This document shows positions 26,057 to 40,500 of a stretch of DNA of 64,000 nt, piece after piece. Within the stretch, counting starts at the first letter, position 1. Every line of letters begins with the position of its first letter. The stretch is from Octopus bimaculoides (lineage: Eukaryota), in NCBI RefSeq assembly GCF_001194135.2, contig NC_068981.1, positions 94,970,118 through 95,034,117 of the forward strand. Direction: 5' to 3'. The translations under genes were made by a program, and so were the position numbers. Under the pieces are notes generated by a model that ran no database searches, had not been told where the DNA came from, and saw nothing but the letters and a program-made list of their open reading frames with translations.

Positions 26057-27855
26057 TAAAGGCTACCAAGCAAACTACGTTTTTGGCACAACTCTTTCTT
26101 ATTATTAAAATAGCATCAGAAACGAGGTTGGGTCGCACAATTTTGAGGTCATTTTCAGGCAATATTTCTATTTGCTTCTAATGTTTCACTTTTGTCCAAT
26201 GTTTTAAGCATGTGTAAAATTCTACTTGGACAAACATTTATGAAAATGTACACATGAATATTGTATTAAAATAAGCCACAACCCAAAAATTTCATTAAAA
26301 GACATCCATATCTCTATATGTTATGAGGAAACAGTCATTCACTCTCTCTCTCACATGCACACATACATAGAAGAAGATGTATGCATGTGTATTTATGTAT
26401 GTGTATATGAAGGATGTGTGTGTGAGAGAGAGGGAGAGAGAGAAAGAGCGAGTGAGTGCCGCTTACACATATACACAAAAAAAATACATACATGACAACA
26501 CACATCTTCACTTACTCTCTCACACACACACATCCATTTCATATACATGTACATACATCTTTCACTTTCTGCTCTCACTTCAAAGCAAATGTAGCCTTTT
26601 TGCTTTCTCCTCTCTTTCAATTTTTGCTCTCTGGGGGAAAGGGTATTAAGTGTTTCTTTAAGAAAAATTAAGCTTCAAAAAAATATATATATATTTCCCA
26701 GATTTGCAATCTCTATTTTTCTATGTGGATAAAAAAAAAAAGATTCAAAAAAAGTTATAACTTAAATTGCAGTGGGGACGGAGGGAAATTAAAATTTTGA
26801 AAGCATGATTTCTGGGGAAAATCATATTGACCCCTTTTATACGATGAAACAATACACAGTTTGTGATCCCTCTTAAGAACAGAAAGCACTATCATGCAAA
26901 TTGTACCTTCCCCACGTTCACTTTTAAACAAACAATAACTTCCATTACACCAGTAATCCAGTTCACTATATACCAGCTGTGCTGATTCTGCCGATAAGAA
27001 AGGAACAAATAATATAATGTAGCTGTAGGTCATAACACCAAGGCAATGCTGAGATGCATTGCTAATTTAGAAATAAAGTTTCCTAATTTAAATTCAGTCT
27101 GAGACTATGGACACACAGAAATAAAGAAATAATATTATGATGACAAAGTTGAACGCATAGTGTAGATATAAATATAGCAAATATGCACGCTAAAGATGAG
27201 GCTAACAGTTCATAAAATTATAATCTTTATTAACAACCCATCTCAAATATTCAGAGATTTAATAATTTTTCATACAAGTTACAATGATTTACATTACAGT
27301 AACTTTCCATAGATCTAAACTCTACTTCATCTCATTTGACCTAATCATTTACTGCAGATCTTCAATCCCCAATTTATAGTACTGTTTATGAAGCATACAC
27401 TATACACTTATATTACATATCCATAACTGTAGAATTGTCATTTCTTACCTCCAGACAATAATTTTTATGCTCAGTACATGATGTTCAAACTTTCATACAA
27501 GTTAATACTTAATATCCTGTGGACTATATTTAACTAGCCTTTTTCTCCCTCAAATTGTTGCAAATAATATACTTAGACATTAATTTTCCATATTTTGATA
27601 TGATAACCATAACATTTCTGACATAATACACATTGTCCTATGACAAGTGAAGTCTTTGACATAAACAAAGATATCTTCTTTAAACATTTTCCAGTTTGTT
27701 TGACAGATTTCAATGCACCATTCTTTTAACTTACAATGTGTTTTTTTTTTTTTTTGCTCTACTTAATTACAAAACAAAGTCACTTACCTCAGCTAGATGA
27801 ATTTTCATAACCCTTTACAATTAAATCAATTCTACTTTGAGTAAAGCCAAGTGAA

Positions 27856-28126
27856 ACCGTATTTGTGGCCATTGCCAGTGTTATGTAAATGGCAACCATG
27901 AAATCATAGTTGTGGTCATTGCCAGTGTCATGTAAATGGCACCTGTGCCAGCTGCATATAAAAAGTACCATTACACTCTTGGAGTGATTGGCATTAAGAA
28001 GGACATCTAGCCAAAGAAACTATGCCAGATCAGACTGGAACCTGGTGCAGCTCTCTGGCTTACCAGTTCTAGTCAAACTGTCTAACTCATGCCAGCATGG
28101 AAAGCGGACGTTAAATGATGATGATG
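27856..28126 (+). mobile_element. SINE (same family as 1-210)
   Basis: ccagatcagactggaacctggtgcagc...catggaaagcggacgttaaatgatgatg. Confidence 0.8.
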
Positions 28127-31100
28127 AACTTACGCCCATTCTTCCAAGACAAGATCTTATCCTGATATTCTTTGACAGAGAACTGATTCAATGAAAATTA
28201 GATTAACTTACAAGCCTAGTTGATCACTTAGTCCTGAACTCTGGACTATAACAATGGAAAAAAAAAGGTTGAAGATAGAATTATGATGAACAGCCAAAAC
28301 TACATTAAATCTCACACTTTTAATAATTCACACAACATATCAAATAAGAAGAGCTTAAGCCAGACACGAGCTACCTTTTTTGAGAAGTGGGCTGCATAAA
28401 ACATGACTTGTCATCAGGCAGGTTGCACTACTAAAAAAATTCAAGCTAATTTTTCATTAGGTAGAAAGTCCTATGGGTTACAGGTTAATCATGATTAGCT
28501 CAAATAGTAGTAGCATTTATTTGCTGTTAAAATATTATTATATCAATAATATTCTTCATACCACTGAATATTTTTTTTAATAATTAATTCAGATACTCTA
28601 ATCATTCAGCAAATATATTCATAGTATTTATCAAAGTATTGAGATCATTTCTTTTGCAGCTTCATTTATTTCCTTCTTACATCTCGTGAATATTCTGAGA
28701 ATGAGTATAACTCTAACTTGTTGATGGTCTGTCAAGAAATCAACTCCTCAGACAGCGTACAGACAATGAGAATCTGGCATATTCCCAATTACAACAGCAA
28801 CATATGCCATTATTTTGGACTGCAGAAGCTTTCAAGTTTTTTCTTAGAAAAAAGCTGCTTTTATATTCAGGTAGAATTCCTGTTGTAGAATTTTAAAATC
28901 AACTGCTACTCTTTAAAACAATTCAAATTTCCTAAGATAAATCAGTTTTGGTGGTTCTTTCTAAATCTATCATTGAGATATACTGACGGAAGTAATCAGA
29001 TATCTTTGAAGACAACAGCAAGAATGAATAAGTTGGACATAAAAGTATTGTAATTCTATTCTGCCGAAGTAGACAGATTAATTAAGAAGTGGGTTTATTT
29101 TTCTCCAGTTAAAATGTATAAAATGTTCATAAGTTACATATGGAAGTTGCTCGGAAGAACCCCAGTAGATTTTACTGCCAAACCAATACTACATACCTCT
29201 AGTCTTCCACTGTTTACTCCAGTCAGAAAAAGAAGGAAAAAAAAAAACAGAAACCATCCCTATTTGTATTTTGTTAGGTGTCTTAAGTCTTTCATAATAC
29301 AATGTCAATGGAAGCTTTCACTCCATGATATAAAATCTATCATAACAACTACAGAACAACTCAAAGATTTTCTGTGTCAATGTACATAGTAATTATTTAA
29401 CTTTGAATTTAATTATTCATCAGATAAAATCTGTAGATGATATACTTTAAGACAATGGATATATAATGTAAATTTAACTTCTCCACAATTTGTGACACTT
29501 TGTGTTGTAGCTTTACTGTTTCTAATTATTAAAATACCAAGTTGTAAGCATGACTCAACTTCAGCTAGTATTCTTCTATAAACATCAAATCTTGTCTTAT
29601 TTCAGGCCTAACTTTTTGTTAGCTTGCTTTTATTCTTGTAACACTAACAACTAAATTTCAATTTATTTTTAATGTTATTCACAGAATTTGAAATAAATGC
29701 TTAAATCTTTTACCAGCTGGCATTAATATTTCTAATATCAATTTATCCTACAACCTAATTTTTCTCTCTCTTCCATATGCAATGCATTGTAGCATGAACA
29801 TTCTTAAAAATCACAGTATACATCCAAAGCTTACAAAATTGTAGTTGGACCAAGATTCTAACAACAATCCTAAATTAGTAGCATCCACTAACTCTCATTA
29901 GTTCTAATCTAAGCACCAAGTAGATCACCACAGTAAAGCAACATAGCAGATGTTATTTAATCTGATGTCAATCCTGATTTAGTAGAGCTATTGTCAAAGG
30001 CATTCCAACCATGACCACCTGTTTTATCTTTTCTTCTTTACTTAGGAGTCTATGTAAGAATATATTCTCCAGAAATACATAGAGTGATCTGAAGGAAATT
30101 TAATTACTATTTCTAACAAAGTCAAGTAGACATGTTAGAGTACATCTACAATCATGAAGATGTACTCTGTAATTCGGATAGGCAAACCTGAAAGATCAAG
30201 CACTGCCAAATTTTCAAATTCAAACACATGCATGCTATCATTTTATACATTACTTTCATTTTAAAAGCATACAAAAAAAAAACAACTTATATTAAAACAC
30301 AAAATATATTTGGGCTTTATATTTGATTTACCATGTGTTATCTACAACAACTTGTGGCAAATGTTATAAAATAAGTGGTAAACTATCACAGGACTGAGTC
30401 AATGACAACTTTATTCCTTGACTTAAGCAGTTTCACTTCACCTGTATTATTATAATAATGAAAAAAAAAAACATGAACATTACATCATAGTTTACCACTT
30501 TGACAAATATTTCAGTTCAAATGTACATTTTCATGATTTAGTAATATACAGTGGTCTGAGAGGGTCTGTGAAGGCCATAAATACTGATGCTTCCTCCAGA
30601 CTGAGCAAACAGACAAGAAAGTTGATAAAAGTTTGTAAAATAAAATAAGTTTGGACTATCAGAATTCATCTCTACCCATGGTACATGAAATAATTTTATT
30701 CTAATAAAGAGTTTCTAATGCTAATGTCTAATCTGTACCAAGTTTGAAGTAGTTTTATATTATATAAGCTTCTTTAACCATACATGTGTTATTTATTAAT
30801 GTGGAATACATTACATTTCAGACAGATTTGTCCTTAGAGAATTCTGGATTTTCTTTTCATAATTTTTTTTTATATATATAATGAAAACCAGTTAACATCA
30901 TATTTTAAGTAAAAAGTATTTTTTAATATATCAAGAGATATTTCAATAGCAGTATTTTACTACTGTACAGGAGTCTACATATAGTAGTTGTTAACAATTT
31001 TTTAATGAAGACCTTTTAACTTTTGTTAGAGGATGAATAAGAGACCTACTTTGAAGGTTATGAAGTCAGTCATGCTACACATTCAAATGATTGCTTACCT

Positions 31101-31583
31101 GTGTGAACAATTCAGATGACCCTTTCTTTAATGTATTAAAGCGAAAGTTAACCAAAATGTTTGCACCATAAAATTTTCTATCTTAACCCTTTAGTGTTCA
31201 GATTAATTTGTCAAATGTAATGCTTATCTGTTCACATTAATTTTGATTTATTCAGGTTCAAGTGGGATGTTCACAATATTTGCTTGTAACTTTGTTAATT
31301 TTCTCCATACAGATTTGAAATTTTGTAAATGGGTGCTTATATGCCAGTGGTTTATAGTTACGTAATTTTAGCTGATCTTTCTGATTAAATTTGACTTTCA
31401 TGGGCAGGTAAATTTAATTAACAGGTGTAAAAACAATAACACTATGAATAAACACTAAAATTCATATTCTTAATACATTTTACCTGTTTGATTTGTTAAT
31501 AAAATTATCCCAGATGTCAACTGCCAACAATTTTACATTTTTCAAGATGAGGTACATTAATTTGAATTAATTAAAATACAGGT

Positions 31584-31908
31584 AGGGAAGGCACATGGCT
31601 CAGTGATTAGAGTGTCGAGCTTACGATCGTGAAGTTGTGAGTTCAATTCCCGGACCGGGTTGCATGTTGTGTTCTTGAGCAACACACTTTATTTCATGTT
31701 GCTCCAGTTAACTCAGCAGTAGAAATGAGTTGCGACATCACAAGTGCCAAACTGTATCGGCCTTTGCCTTTCCTTTGGATAACATCAGTGGTGTGGAGAG
31801 GGGAGGCTGGTATGCATGGGCGACTTGCCCGGACTTGTGCCTTGGAGGGTAACTTTCTAGGTGCAATCCCATGGTCATTCATGACCAAAGGGGGTCTCCT
31901 CCTCAAAA
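31584..31908 (+). mobile_element. tRNA-derived SINE with 11-bp TSD, inserted in the piggyBac
   Basis: A box tggctcagtg, B box gttcaattcc; TSD aaaatacaggt at 31573-31583 and 31909-31919. Confidence 0.9.
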
Positions 31909-32084
31909 AAAATACAGGTGTAATTGGTACAAGATTTTATTCTTTCTCTATATTTCACTCAAACATTTTCATTGAAAATGAAGTACAAAACTCTTTTACT
32001 AGTCAATATACCACTGGCTATGTACTCTTATACAATTTAATGAGTTCATTTACGTAACAGAATGCATCTAATAAAAAAAACTCA

Positions 32085-33726
32085 TTAATAGGTGAGACAA
32101 AGGTGAATACAGGTGTGTAACATACTGAAAATTAATATGTATTTATAATAAAATGAAAAGTAATATATGATAAAATAATAGTTATGACATATTTCTGTCA
32201 TGAAACTGCCCAAAGCACCCTTTACACAAGGGCACTTTGCAAAAGGAACACATATACGAAGTCTCAATCTGATACCCTTTTGCAGCTTTTCTTTTTTGCA
32301 GTGAAAACAGTCTGCAAACTTTTTTCCTTCCATTTATTCTTCCACTTTATGGAAGTCAATATTTTCTCTGTTGACATCCACCTCAGTTAATTTTGCTTTT
32401 CTCCCAGTTCTGTGCTTTCTGGAAGAAAAGCCCTCATGTAACTGAGATGTGATGTCAACCTGAAATTTCAAATGGTCGTAGTCCTTTGGTAGCAGAGGTA
32501 CCTTGTGGCTTTTTACATATACAACATATGAATTAACTATAATTAAATTAACTAAAAACCACAAAATGTGACACCACCATTTCTTCCCAGGTTGACCAAC
32601 TGGGTAATAATACCGGATATTGGTCAGATTTATCAACCCCACTCATATATTTGTTATAACAAATATTCACTAGGGGTTTTCCCTTAGTAGACAGAAATAA
32701 AATCTGTCTTTTGTCTTTGAAAGCTGTAGCTAATAAATTTTCCTTTAGCATTTGAAAAATGACCCCTCTTTTTAAAAATTTTGTTTTCATTTCATGGGGT
32801 AACTTTTACAGTTTGCCTATAACAGTATTGCATGTGAAAGTACTTACATGGGCAAGATTTTTTGCCAAAGCCACTGAAGAAAAAAAACAGTCAAAATAGA
32901 GGTGTCGGTGCTGATGGTGAAATGGTTCAGTAAGGGACTATACTACATCATGTCCCAGTCCATATGGTCTGCTTCCATTATATTTCTTACTTGTGTAAAC
33001 ATCGAAGTTTACACAATATCCAGTGTCTGATTCACAAACTTCCCATACCTTGATCCCCCCATTTAGTGGGTTTGGCAGGCATGTACTGCCGAAAATGTAC
33101 TCTGCCCTTATAGCCTATCATGGCTTCATCTACACTGAGATTTTTCCCAGGTACATACACTGTTTTATAACTACTAAGGAGTAAATCAATTACAGGATGT
33201 ACTTTGTACAGGGGATTGTAGTTTCGGTCATTTTTGCTGGGGCATTAGAAGAATGAATTAAATGTAAATACTGAGATATACAGATCACCATACCTTATAT
33301 CAGGACTCCAGTAGTTCCACAGTCGAGGCAGCTGTTTAACACCAAACATAATATTGATTGTAAAAAATGCTCTCATTTCCGCAGTACAAGCTGGCTGCCA
33401 TAGTGGATTGTTTCTTCCGTGAATAGAAATTATATGTTGTGCATATTTGTTTGTTTCCTCCGTAACATTTTCAAAAAACTTTCCAGTAAAAATAAAAATA
33501 GATAGCCCAATGGTTGAGCATCAGGAGGTAAAATGTGTTGTGGACCAGAGTTTTCTGTGAAATTAGGAATAGTGATTGGTGTTGTAAGCTTTGACCATGT
33601 TGCCATGTTTATATCATTTTCATCACTTTCATTTTTATCACTTTTGTTCTCAAAATCTTCCTCATCCAACAAATATTCACTAATATCGATATCAGATTTG
33701 TCCGAAAACAAAATACTCGTTTTCAT
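32085..33726 (-). pseudogene. piggyBac (PGBD4-like) transposase pseudogene
   Basis: Motifs LSVDEAMIGYKGR, YMPAKPTKWGIKVW, LYFDCFFSS and YNKYMSGVDKSDQ, plus a Cys-rich C-terminus; stops and frameshifts. Confidence 0.9.
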
Positions 33727-35719
33727 TTATATTTTCTATATTATCAGGAGTAAAACCTTCAGAGTCAGAATCGCTACTTACTGACACCATTCCATTAAAA
33801 ACTAAGGTACAGACTTCTCTTCAAACTTTCAAAAAAACCATTATTTTCAAAATTGATGTTGCTTACATTAAGACCAGCTGATTAAATATTTTTCTTTCCT
33901 TTGTAAAAATAAATTTCATCCAAGCTGTTCAAAATGTTAACTTGTAATTCAAATGGTTAATTACCAGAATATCTCTTTAAAATATCTTCTCAACTTGCTT
34001 AATGGGGATCCCAAATAATATTACCATCTACTAAATATAATTCTGGAACTTTGTCACTCCTAAGCTAGCAGTTCTCTGACCATAAAATGTGTTTCATCCA
34101 AGAATACTAAATTGGTGACTGACACCATTCTCCAAAGGTCTACCTGTTTGCATTTTTCACATAATCCAAAATCTCAAAGTTTGCAAGAGATTTAGATGCT
34201 TATATTTCCTGGAGGAATCATCAACTAAGAGGTAATTACCTATCACTGCAAAACATGAGATGACCATCAGGAAAACAAAAAATGCTTTCATGTACCATAT
34301 ATCCTGCAAACTTTCTCACCTCTCCAATCACAGCCGAGTATTCTGGTCCTTTGTCAAAAGGCTTCTATATCTAAGATGAATCCTTAAATCACCATTGTTA
34401 AATCAAGGAGACTTTCTAAGTAGCCCTTGCATATATAAAGCATCCACATTTGACTCCTACTTGGCTTCCAACTCCACTCAGCACACATAACAAAACCCCT
34501 TCTCTGTTCAACCTGTCCCATTACATCAGATATATCCAGTCACCAAGTGTGAAACTTAACTGATTACATCAATCCCATTACTCTCCAAGAATATATTTCA
34601 AAATTCCCATCAATCTTGTCTTTCTTGCTTTCTGTAAGGAATTATCCATATGAAAATATGCAATAGTGAGTACTGTTCTCAAAAAGAGGTAGCCTTTCTG
34701 ACTCTGCACACTAAGAATCTATCACAAGACAAGGGAGCCTCTATGTGGTTGTTTGACATTCTAGAAATAGTCAAAGCTCCCTCAAAGTATGCTTTACCAT
34801 CTTAAAAAAGAATACATTGGATAAATTGCTTTTAGGTGACCTGGACATAAAAAAAAATCTACAGAATAGTCATAATTGGAATGCTTTTGATCAGAACTTT
34901 GCTTGATTACAACTAACCTAGGACAAAACAACATCTCAAAAATAAATGGAAACAATCATAAACAACCACTTTCTTTATGTACTTCAGTTTCTAACAATGA
35001 CTATTTACACAGGCATTATTTTCACAGTTTCAGCAACTCATGTTTGATTTGCATTGTTTTCATTAACAAAGATCTTGACAACTGACCAATAAAAACAAGA
35101 CAGCCTGGTCTTTTTCAATAATGCCAATTATTAGATATAACAAAGAAACAGTCTTGCAAACACTTCCTAACTCATTACATATAAACAACACAAATTAAAA
35201 CACTAGTCATCATCACTACAATCTCTGATGATCGCTCATCAAATTCATAATTCATGTTGTTGCTAAAACTGCATTTCAAAAACAATGCTTCTTCTCCTGA
35301 AAATCTAGTACATTCTTCAGTTTTGATCAATTGCTTATTTGCCACAAAGCTCATACATGAGACTGTATTACTACAACTCAACTACAACAACAATACAAAT
35401 TTTCTAGACTCTATAATACAAATTGTAAGATTCACTTATCAATCAACTACAACTCCAGCTTTATATATGTTCATCTAAACTAGTGAGCTACATATCCCCT
35501 CCACCCAAATGTGTCTCACCCTTCAGGCCCTGCGCTAAACATTTACCCGAATCAATCAACATATTTCCAACTTTCTAGAATTCTCTCCTTATTCATAATT
35601 TTTTTTTTTTTTTAAGTGTTGCCCTTATATAAGTTTAACCTGAATATCAACTAATTTAACCATGTCAATGTGGAAAAGCCAGCAATTATGGGCACCTGTT
35701 GTTCTCCTAGAAAATAATT

Positions 35720-36150
35720 TCTAATATAGGTACAAAGTCTGAAATTTTATGGGAAGGAGTAGTTGATTACATCTTCCAGTTCTCAGCTGGTACTTATTTT
35801 ATCGAACCTGAAAGGATGAAATGTAAAGTTGACCTCGGCAGGATTTGAGCTCAAAATGTAAAGTTGGAAGAAATGCTGCTAAGCATTGAGTCTGGCTTGC
35901 TAATGATTCTGCCAGAAACCTTAAATGGTTTAAAATTTTGGCACAAGGCTAGCAATTTTAGGGGGGGGGAGTTAGTTGATTATGTCACACTCCTCCCCTT
36001 CAAACTGTACTTATTTTATTGATCCTGAAAGGAGGAAAGACAAAATCAACCTTTGGAATTTGAATTCAGAACCTAAGAACCAGAAAAACACCACCAAGTT
36101 TTCGTCCAACATGCTAACAATTCTGTTGGCTTGTCACCTTCCTTCTAAAT
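35720..36150 (+). mobile_element. Two tandem SINE-like copies (family of 6580-7290)
   Basis: ggtacttattttatcgaacctgaaaggatgaa...tttgagctcaaaatg occurs twice. Confidence 0.7.
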
Positions 36151-36649
36151 AATAAAAGATAAAAAAGTAAATGCTTTCAGTGGCACCAGTGACTATATGT
36201 TTATGGTACTTTAGTTTGTTAAAAAAAAAAAATTACACAAACTTGCTGTATTTTTGTTTTATGATATTTTCGATGTTTCTATTAATACAAGCTGTGCAAA
36301 TTAAAACCAAGTTGCTAAAGTTGTGAGAATATTGCCTGTGTATGGGAACTTAAGGAGAGGTGAAAGGTGGTATTATGTTGTTCCATTGTTCTGGAACATT
36401 ATCATTATTATTTTAATGTTCACTTTCCCATGCTTGCATGGATCAGGCAGTTTATCAAGGTAGATTTTCTCTAGCTGGATACTTTTCTTGTTGTCAACCC
36501 TTACCCATTTCTAAGCAAGATATTTCCCCATAGCCTTACATATTTCCACAGAATATTGGAAACAAGTGACACTCATTTATGTCTGTCACATGATGTGAAG
36601 ATGAGGAGATGCAAACATACACATACTCACACATATATATGCATATATA

Positions 36650-37514
36650 CAGGGTGCGGTGAATAGACTGTCTAAATTAAGCAAAAATGAAAATAACACT
36701 GACATCTCATTTTAACAGATATATTTACCAAAATTACAGAAAAATATCTTGAAATACTAGAGAGTAAATTTATTCAATAAAACTACCATTGGCTTTAACC
36801 ACAGCCTCCAAACGACTTTGGAATCTCCTGCAGCTCTTCTGGATGGTCTTCTTGTTTAAGTTTGTGAATCCTGCCATAATTCTTGCCTTCAGTTCATCTT
36901 TAGTGTTACAAAGAGTTTGTTGGTCTTTTGCTCAACTGCACCCCACACATAATAATCAAGGGGATTGCAGCCTGGGGTGTTAGGTGGTCAGATGTTAGTG
37001 ATGATGTAGTTACATAAATTGTCTGACAGCCATGACTGGGTTCTCCTGCTTGTATGGCATGGTGCAGAGTCCTGTTGCCAGACATAGGGTCTTCCAGCAG
37101 CCGCCCTCTTCACTCAGGGCAGCACTACCTCCTCCAGGCACTTGATGTAGCCTCCATGTTGAATGTGAGGTTGTGTGGGAAGATGGAGGCATAACGTTGC
37201 CATTACTAGTGATCACTTCAAACACCATGATGTCGACTGGATGTTTGATTTTTATCACTTTCGGTACATGTCCTCAGATTGACACCCAAACACTCTGAAA
37301 TGTTTGTATTGGAGCTTTCAGCGTTAATACCAAGAATTACAGCATGTTGTTTCTAAATGTCTGGCAGAGTGAATTGCATCATGGTGCTGTTTTTTCTCAC
37401 AGGTGGTGCCCAACTAACCCTACTATATTGCGTAGTTGACAAAATCAAAAACAAGCAATGTGTATGCATGAAATTAAAAATATAAAATGGTGATAATTTA
37501 CCCATCGCAACCAG
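36650..37514 (-). mobile_element. maT/DD37D deletion derivative, second copy
   Basis: TA|CAGGGTGCGGTGAATAGACTGTC; colinear with 17623-18504. Confidence 0.9.
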
Positions 37515-37553
37515 TATATATACATATATATATACACATATATATATGTGTAT

Positions 37554-37588
<35 letters not shown>

Positions 37589-40500
37589 CCCACACACATA
37601 TAAAATAGGCTCCTTTTAGTTTCTATTTCCTAAATCCACCTACAAGGCTATAATAGAAGACACTTGCCCAAGGTGCCAAAAAATTACCTTTTCATATTGT
37701 CAGTTTACAGTATATGATTACGATTATTCTCTGGATTTTTCCAGCAGTATTTCTTTTTCTATTATTAGATGCATTGAAGATAATTTCTTGTGTAACATGC
37801 AGAAGTGGTGCAGTCTTGTTCTAGATTTTCTGCTTAGCTTTTAATACAAATATTTAGAAATAAAGAATATTGTCAATGTAATGAGAGTCTCTCAAAATAG
37901 AAAAATCAACTTGAAAGTGATAATGGAAGCGTATGGGAAATAAGTTATATCTTAATGTACCATATTGCTTTAAATCTGTAAGTAACTTGTTATTTATAAC
38001 AAGTGTCACATACAATTTCTCATAATACAGTTTATTAATTCACAAAACAGAGACAAAATACATAAAATTACCAAGTTTCAGTGATTTTCCCATTGTTCTA
38101 GAGCAACAGCTCTAGAATATTACAAATAATATTGACAGGTATACTGTGATAATGTTACTATGTAAGGTTAAATATTGACAAAAAGTTTTATCTCGGCTAA
38201 CCAATATTTACTACAAAGTGTTTGCATGATTTAAAATATAAATCCATTTTATAAACAACATTCAAGATAATTAGTCAAGAGTATTATTTTCATATCAATA
38301 AAATAGAGTAAAATGATATTTATCAAAATAGTTTGGATTCTATATATTTTTTAGCTAGCTGTCATATTGAAATGTATCAGCTGTGTACCAATGTGGTTAG
38401 CTGGCAAGCAAATGCAAAGAAGAGAAAAAGTTATATTTACTGAATATCAATTATTATATTTAGTCTAGTGTTTATTCAAATACTGCAATTTACAGGTGTG
38501 AAAATGACGACAGCTTGGCATATAGTCAGACCATCATAAATAAGCCACAAAAGATGATCATTTCAAAAGAAAGGGAAGCAAAGGTAGATTTCTTTCAATA
38601 GTAGATCAGAGATAGTTAAACATTTCTACTGGTGGAAAGAAAACTTCAGATAATAATAGAAACAGCAGATGCTAGAGAGAGTGGATTCTACATAAATATA
38701 GGCATTTTCTTTAAAGAAATAGATGTAACATAAGAGAATAGACTAAACAGAGAAGGGCTACAAATAGAGGACAAGAAATTTGAGGTCTGTGTTTTAGAAG
38801 ATAGAAAGCAGATTTAAGATTGGGCCAAAGTCCATGGATGTTAGTGTAGAGATGTAAAAATAGTTCAGCTGATTGTTGTTCTTTTTATTAAAATTTTCCA
38901 CTTTTTTTTTAGGTAAATAGGGGAGCAATGAAAAACTATGCTCCGTAAGGTGCTGTTATATTGATCAAAAATGACCTATTCCAGTATATTTTAATGAGTT
39001 TAAAAGGATAGACTAGTAAAATGAACTTGATATGAGTTGAAATAAAAACTGTGAAGTCCTTTATGTGTCATTTTTTTTTACAACTACTTCTATACAATCA
39101 ACCATTACCTTTTATATTTTCAAAATTGAAAATATAAAAATTCCTACATTTATCTGTACAAATTATTAACATCTGAACAAGAGCCAGTTTCTAATTTTCA
39201 ACTAAGTAGATTAAGGCAGCAATGTCATATGACACCTAACATTCAACAGGGAAGCCAATAGCTGCTATATGTTTACTGATTAGGGAAGTAAAATAAGTGA
39301 TATTTAATTTAAGATACATTAATCGTAAACTAAAACTACTAGCACAGATAAAATCAGGTTGCAAGTACATCTGTATACTTATGAAATTTACTTCACAATC
39401 ACATGGATTTGGGCTTGTTCCCCATTCTATGGTACGTCAGATATTTGACTTCTACTATAGCCAAGGACTAAGCAATGCCTAGTGAAATGAATTAGTAGAT
39501 GGAAACTGAGAAAAGCTTATCATATGTATCTAAATCTAACTATATATCTATGTGTGTGTGTGTGTGTGTATCCAAGCATATGTGTGCCTGTTGTTCCTAT
39601 GTGTCCTTATTCACACTGCTCAAATAGAATTGGTGTCATTATCTACAGTCTCTGGTAAGAAATAATCAATAGTTTTAGTTTGTTCATTACTTTCAATGTG
39701 TGAGGACCAGTGAAATGAAAATATCTTACTTAGAAAGCAGGCAATGGTTGGTGACAAGAAAAGAAAATCCTTAAAAAAAATCTGCACTAGCAAGTTTCAA
39801 TTAAGCCATGCCTGCATGGAAACGGACATTAAAAGAATGTGATCATGATAATGGTGATAAAACATTGTTAATAATTATCTGGTATTGTTCTTCTCATGGA
39901 TTGATCTTGGGAACTATCCTCAGTGTAATGAACCCTTCCCTGACCATATTTGAAAGAACTTTGTAAAATAACATTTTCTTTACAGAGTTGATACGTAGAA
40001 CATATCAAAAACCTCTTACATAAAATTATGAAGGAAGGGTTAAATTTGGACAGTCAATGTAAGACAAGTTAATTATAACTAGCTACTTGGTCACAAACCA
40101 GCATCCAACCTAACAAATACATACACTATGTTGACATTTTCATAACTCTCTACCAGGTTTCTTTACTCTATGATTATATGCCTGCTTCCTATAATACTAA
40201 ACTCAATCTAGCAATACCTTAATTTCTAAGGCTCTGACATTCATAAATCATCCATGTCTTTTTATTAAAATTTAAGAGAAAAAAATATACTCTTTGATAT
40301 TTCATATATGAATTTTCACTACATTATTGTAAAACAGCATCAGAAACTATATAAGGAACCGCCTTGTCTTTTAATAATAATAATAATAAAAAAAAAACAT
40401 GAAGAGGAGACGTTGCCAATGAAATAAAGGTCACTCAAACTAGAAGGATAAATTTGAAACTGATGATAGAAAGGTGTGGGAGAAGGGTACAGTTAGTGCA

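Larger units (their letters stand above)
31187..33956 (-). mobile_element. piggyBac element (degenerate, probably full span)
   Basis: TTAA|CCCTTTAG... at the left end and ...aaatgg|TTAA at the right end (weak TIR match); encloses a transposase relic. Confidence 0.65.

Noticed and set aside
29205-29245. LFLTGV reading that mimics SWEET TM1
   Set aside because: It derives from a T-rich tract, the phase is incompatible, and the real TM1 exon is at 12253-12320.
30137-30168. 11-bp perfect hairpin agagtacatct/agatgtactct
   Set aside because: The stem does not extend and is too short for a pre-miRNA.
39986-40058. Plus-strand exon-like segment with a good acceptor and donor
   Set aside because: All three frames contain stops and nothing else supports a plus-strand gene here.
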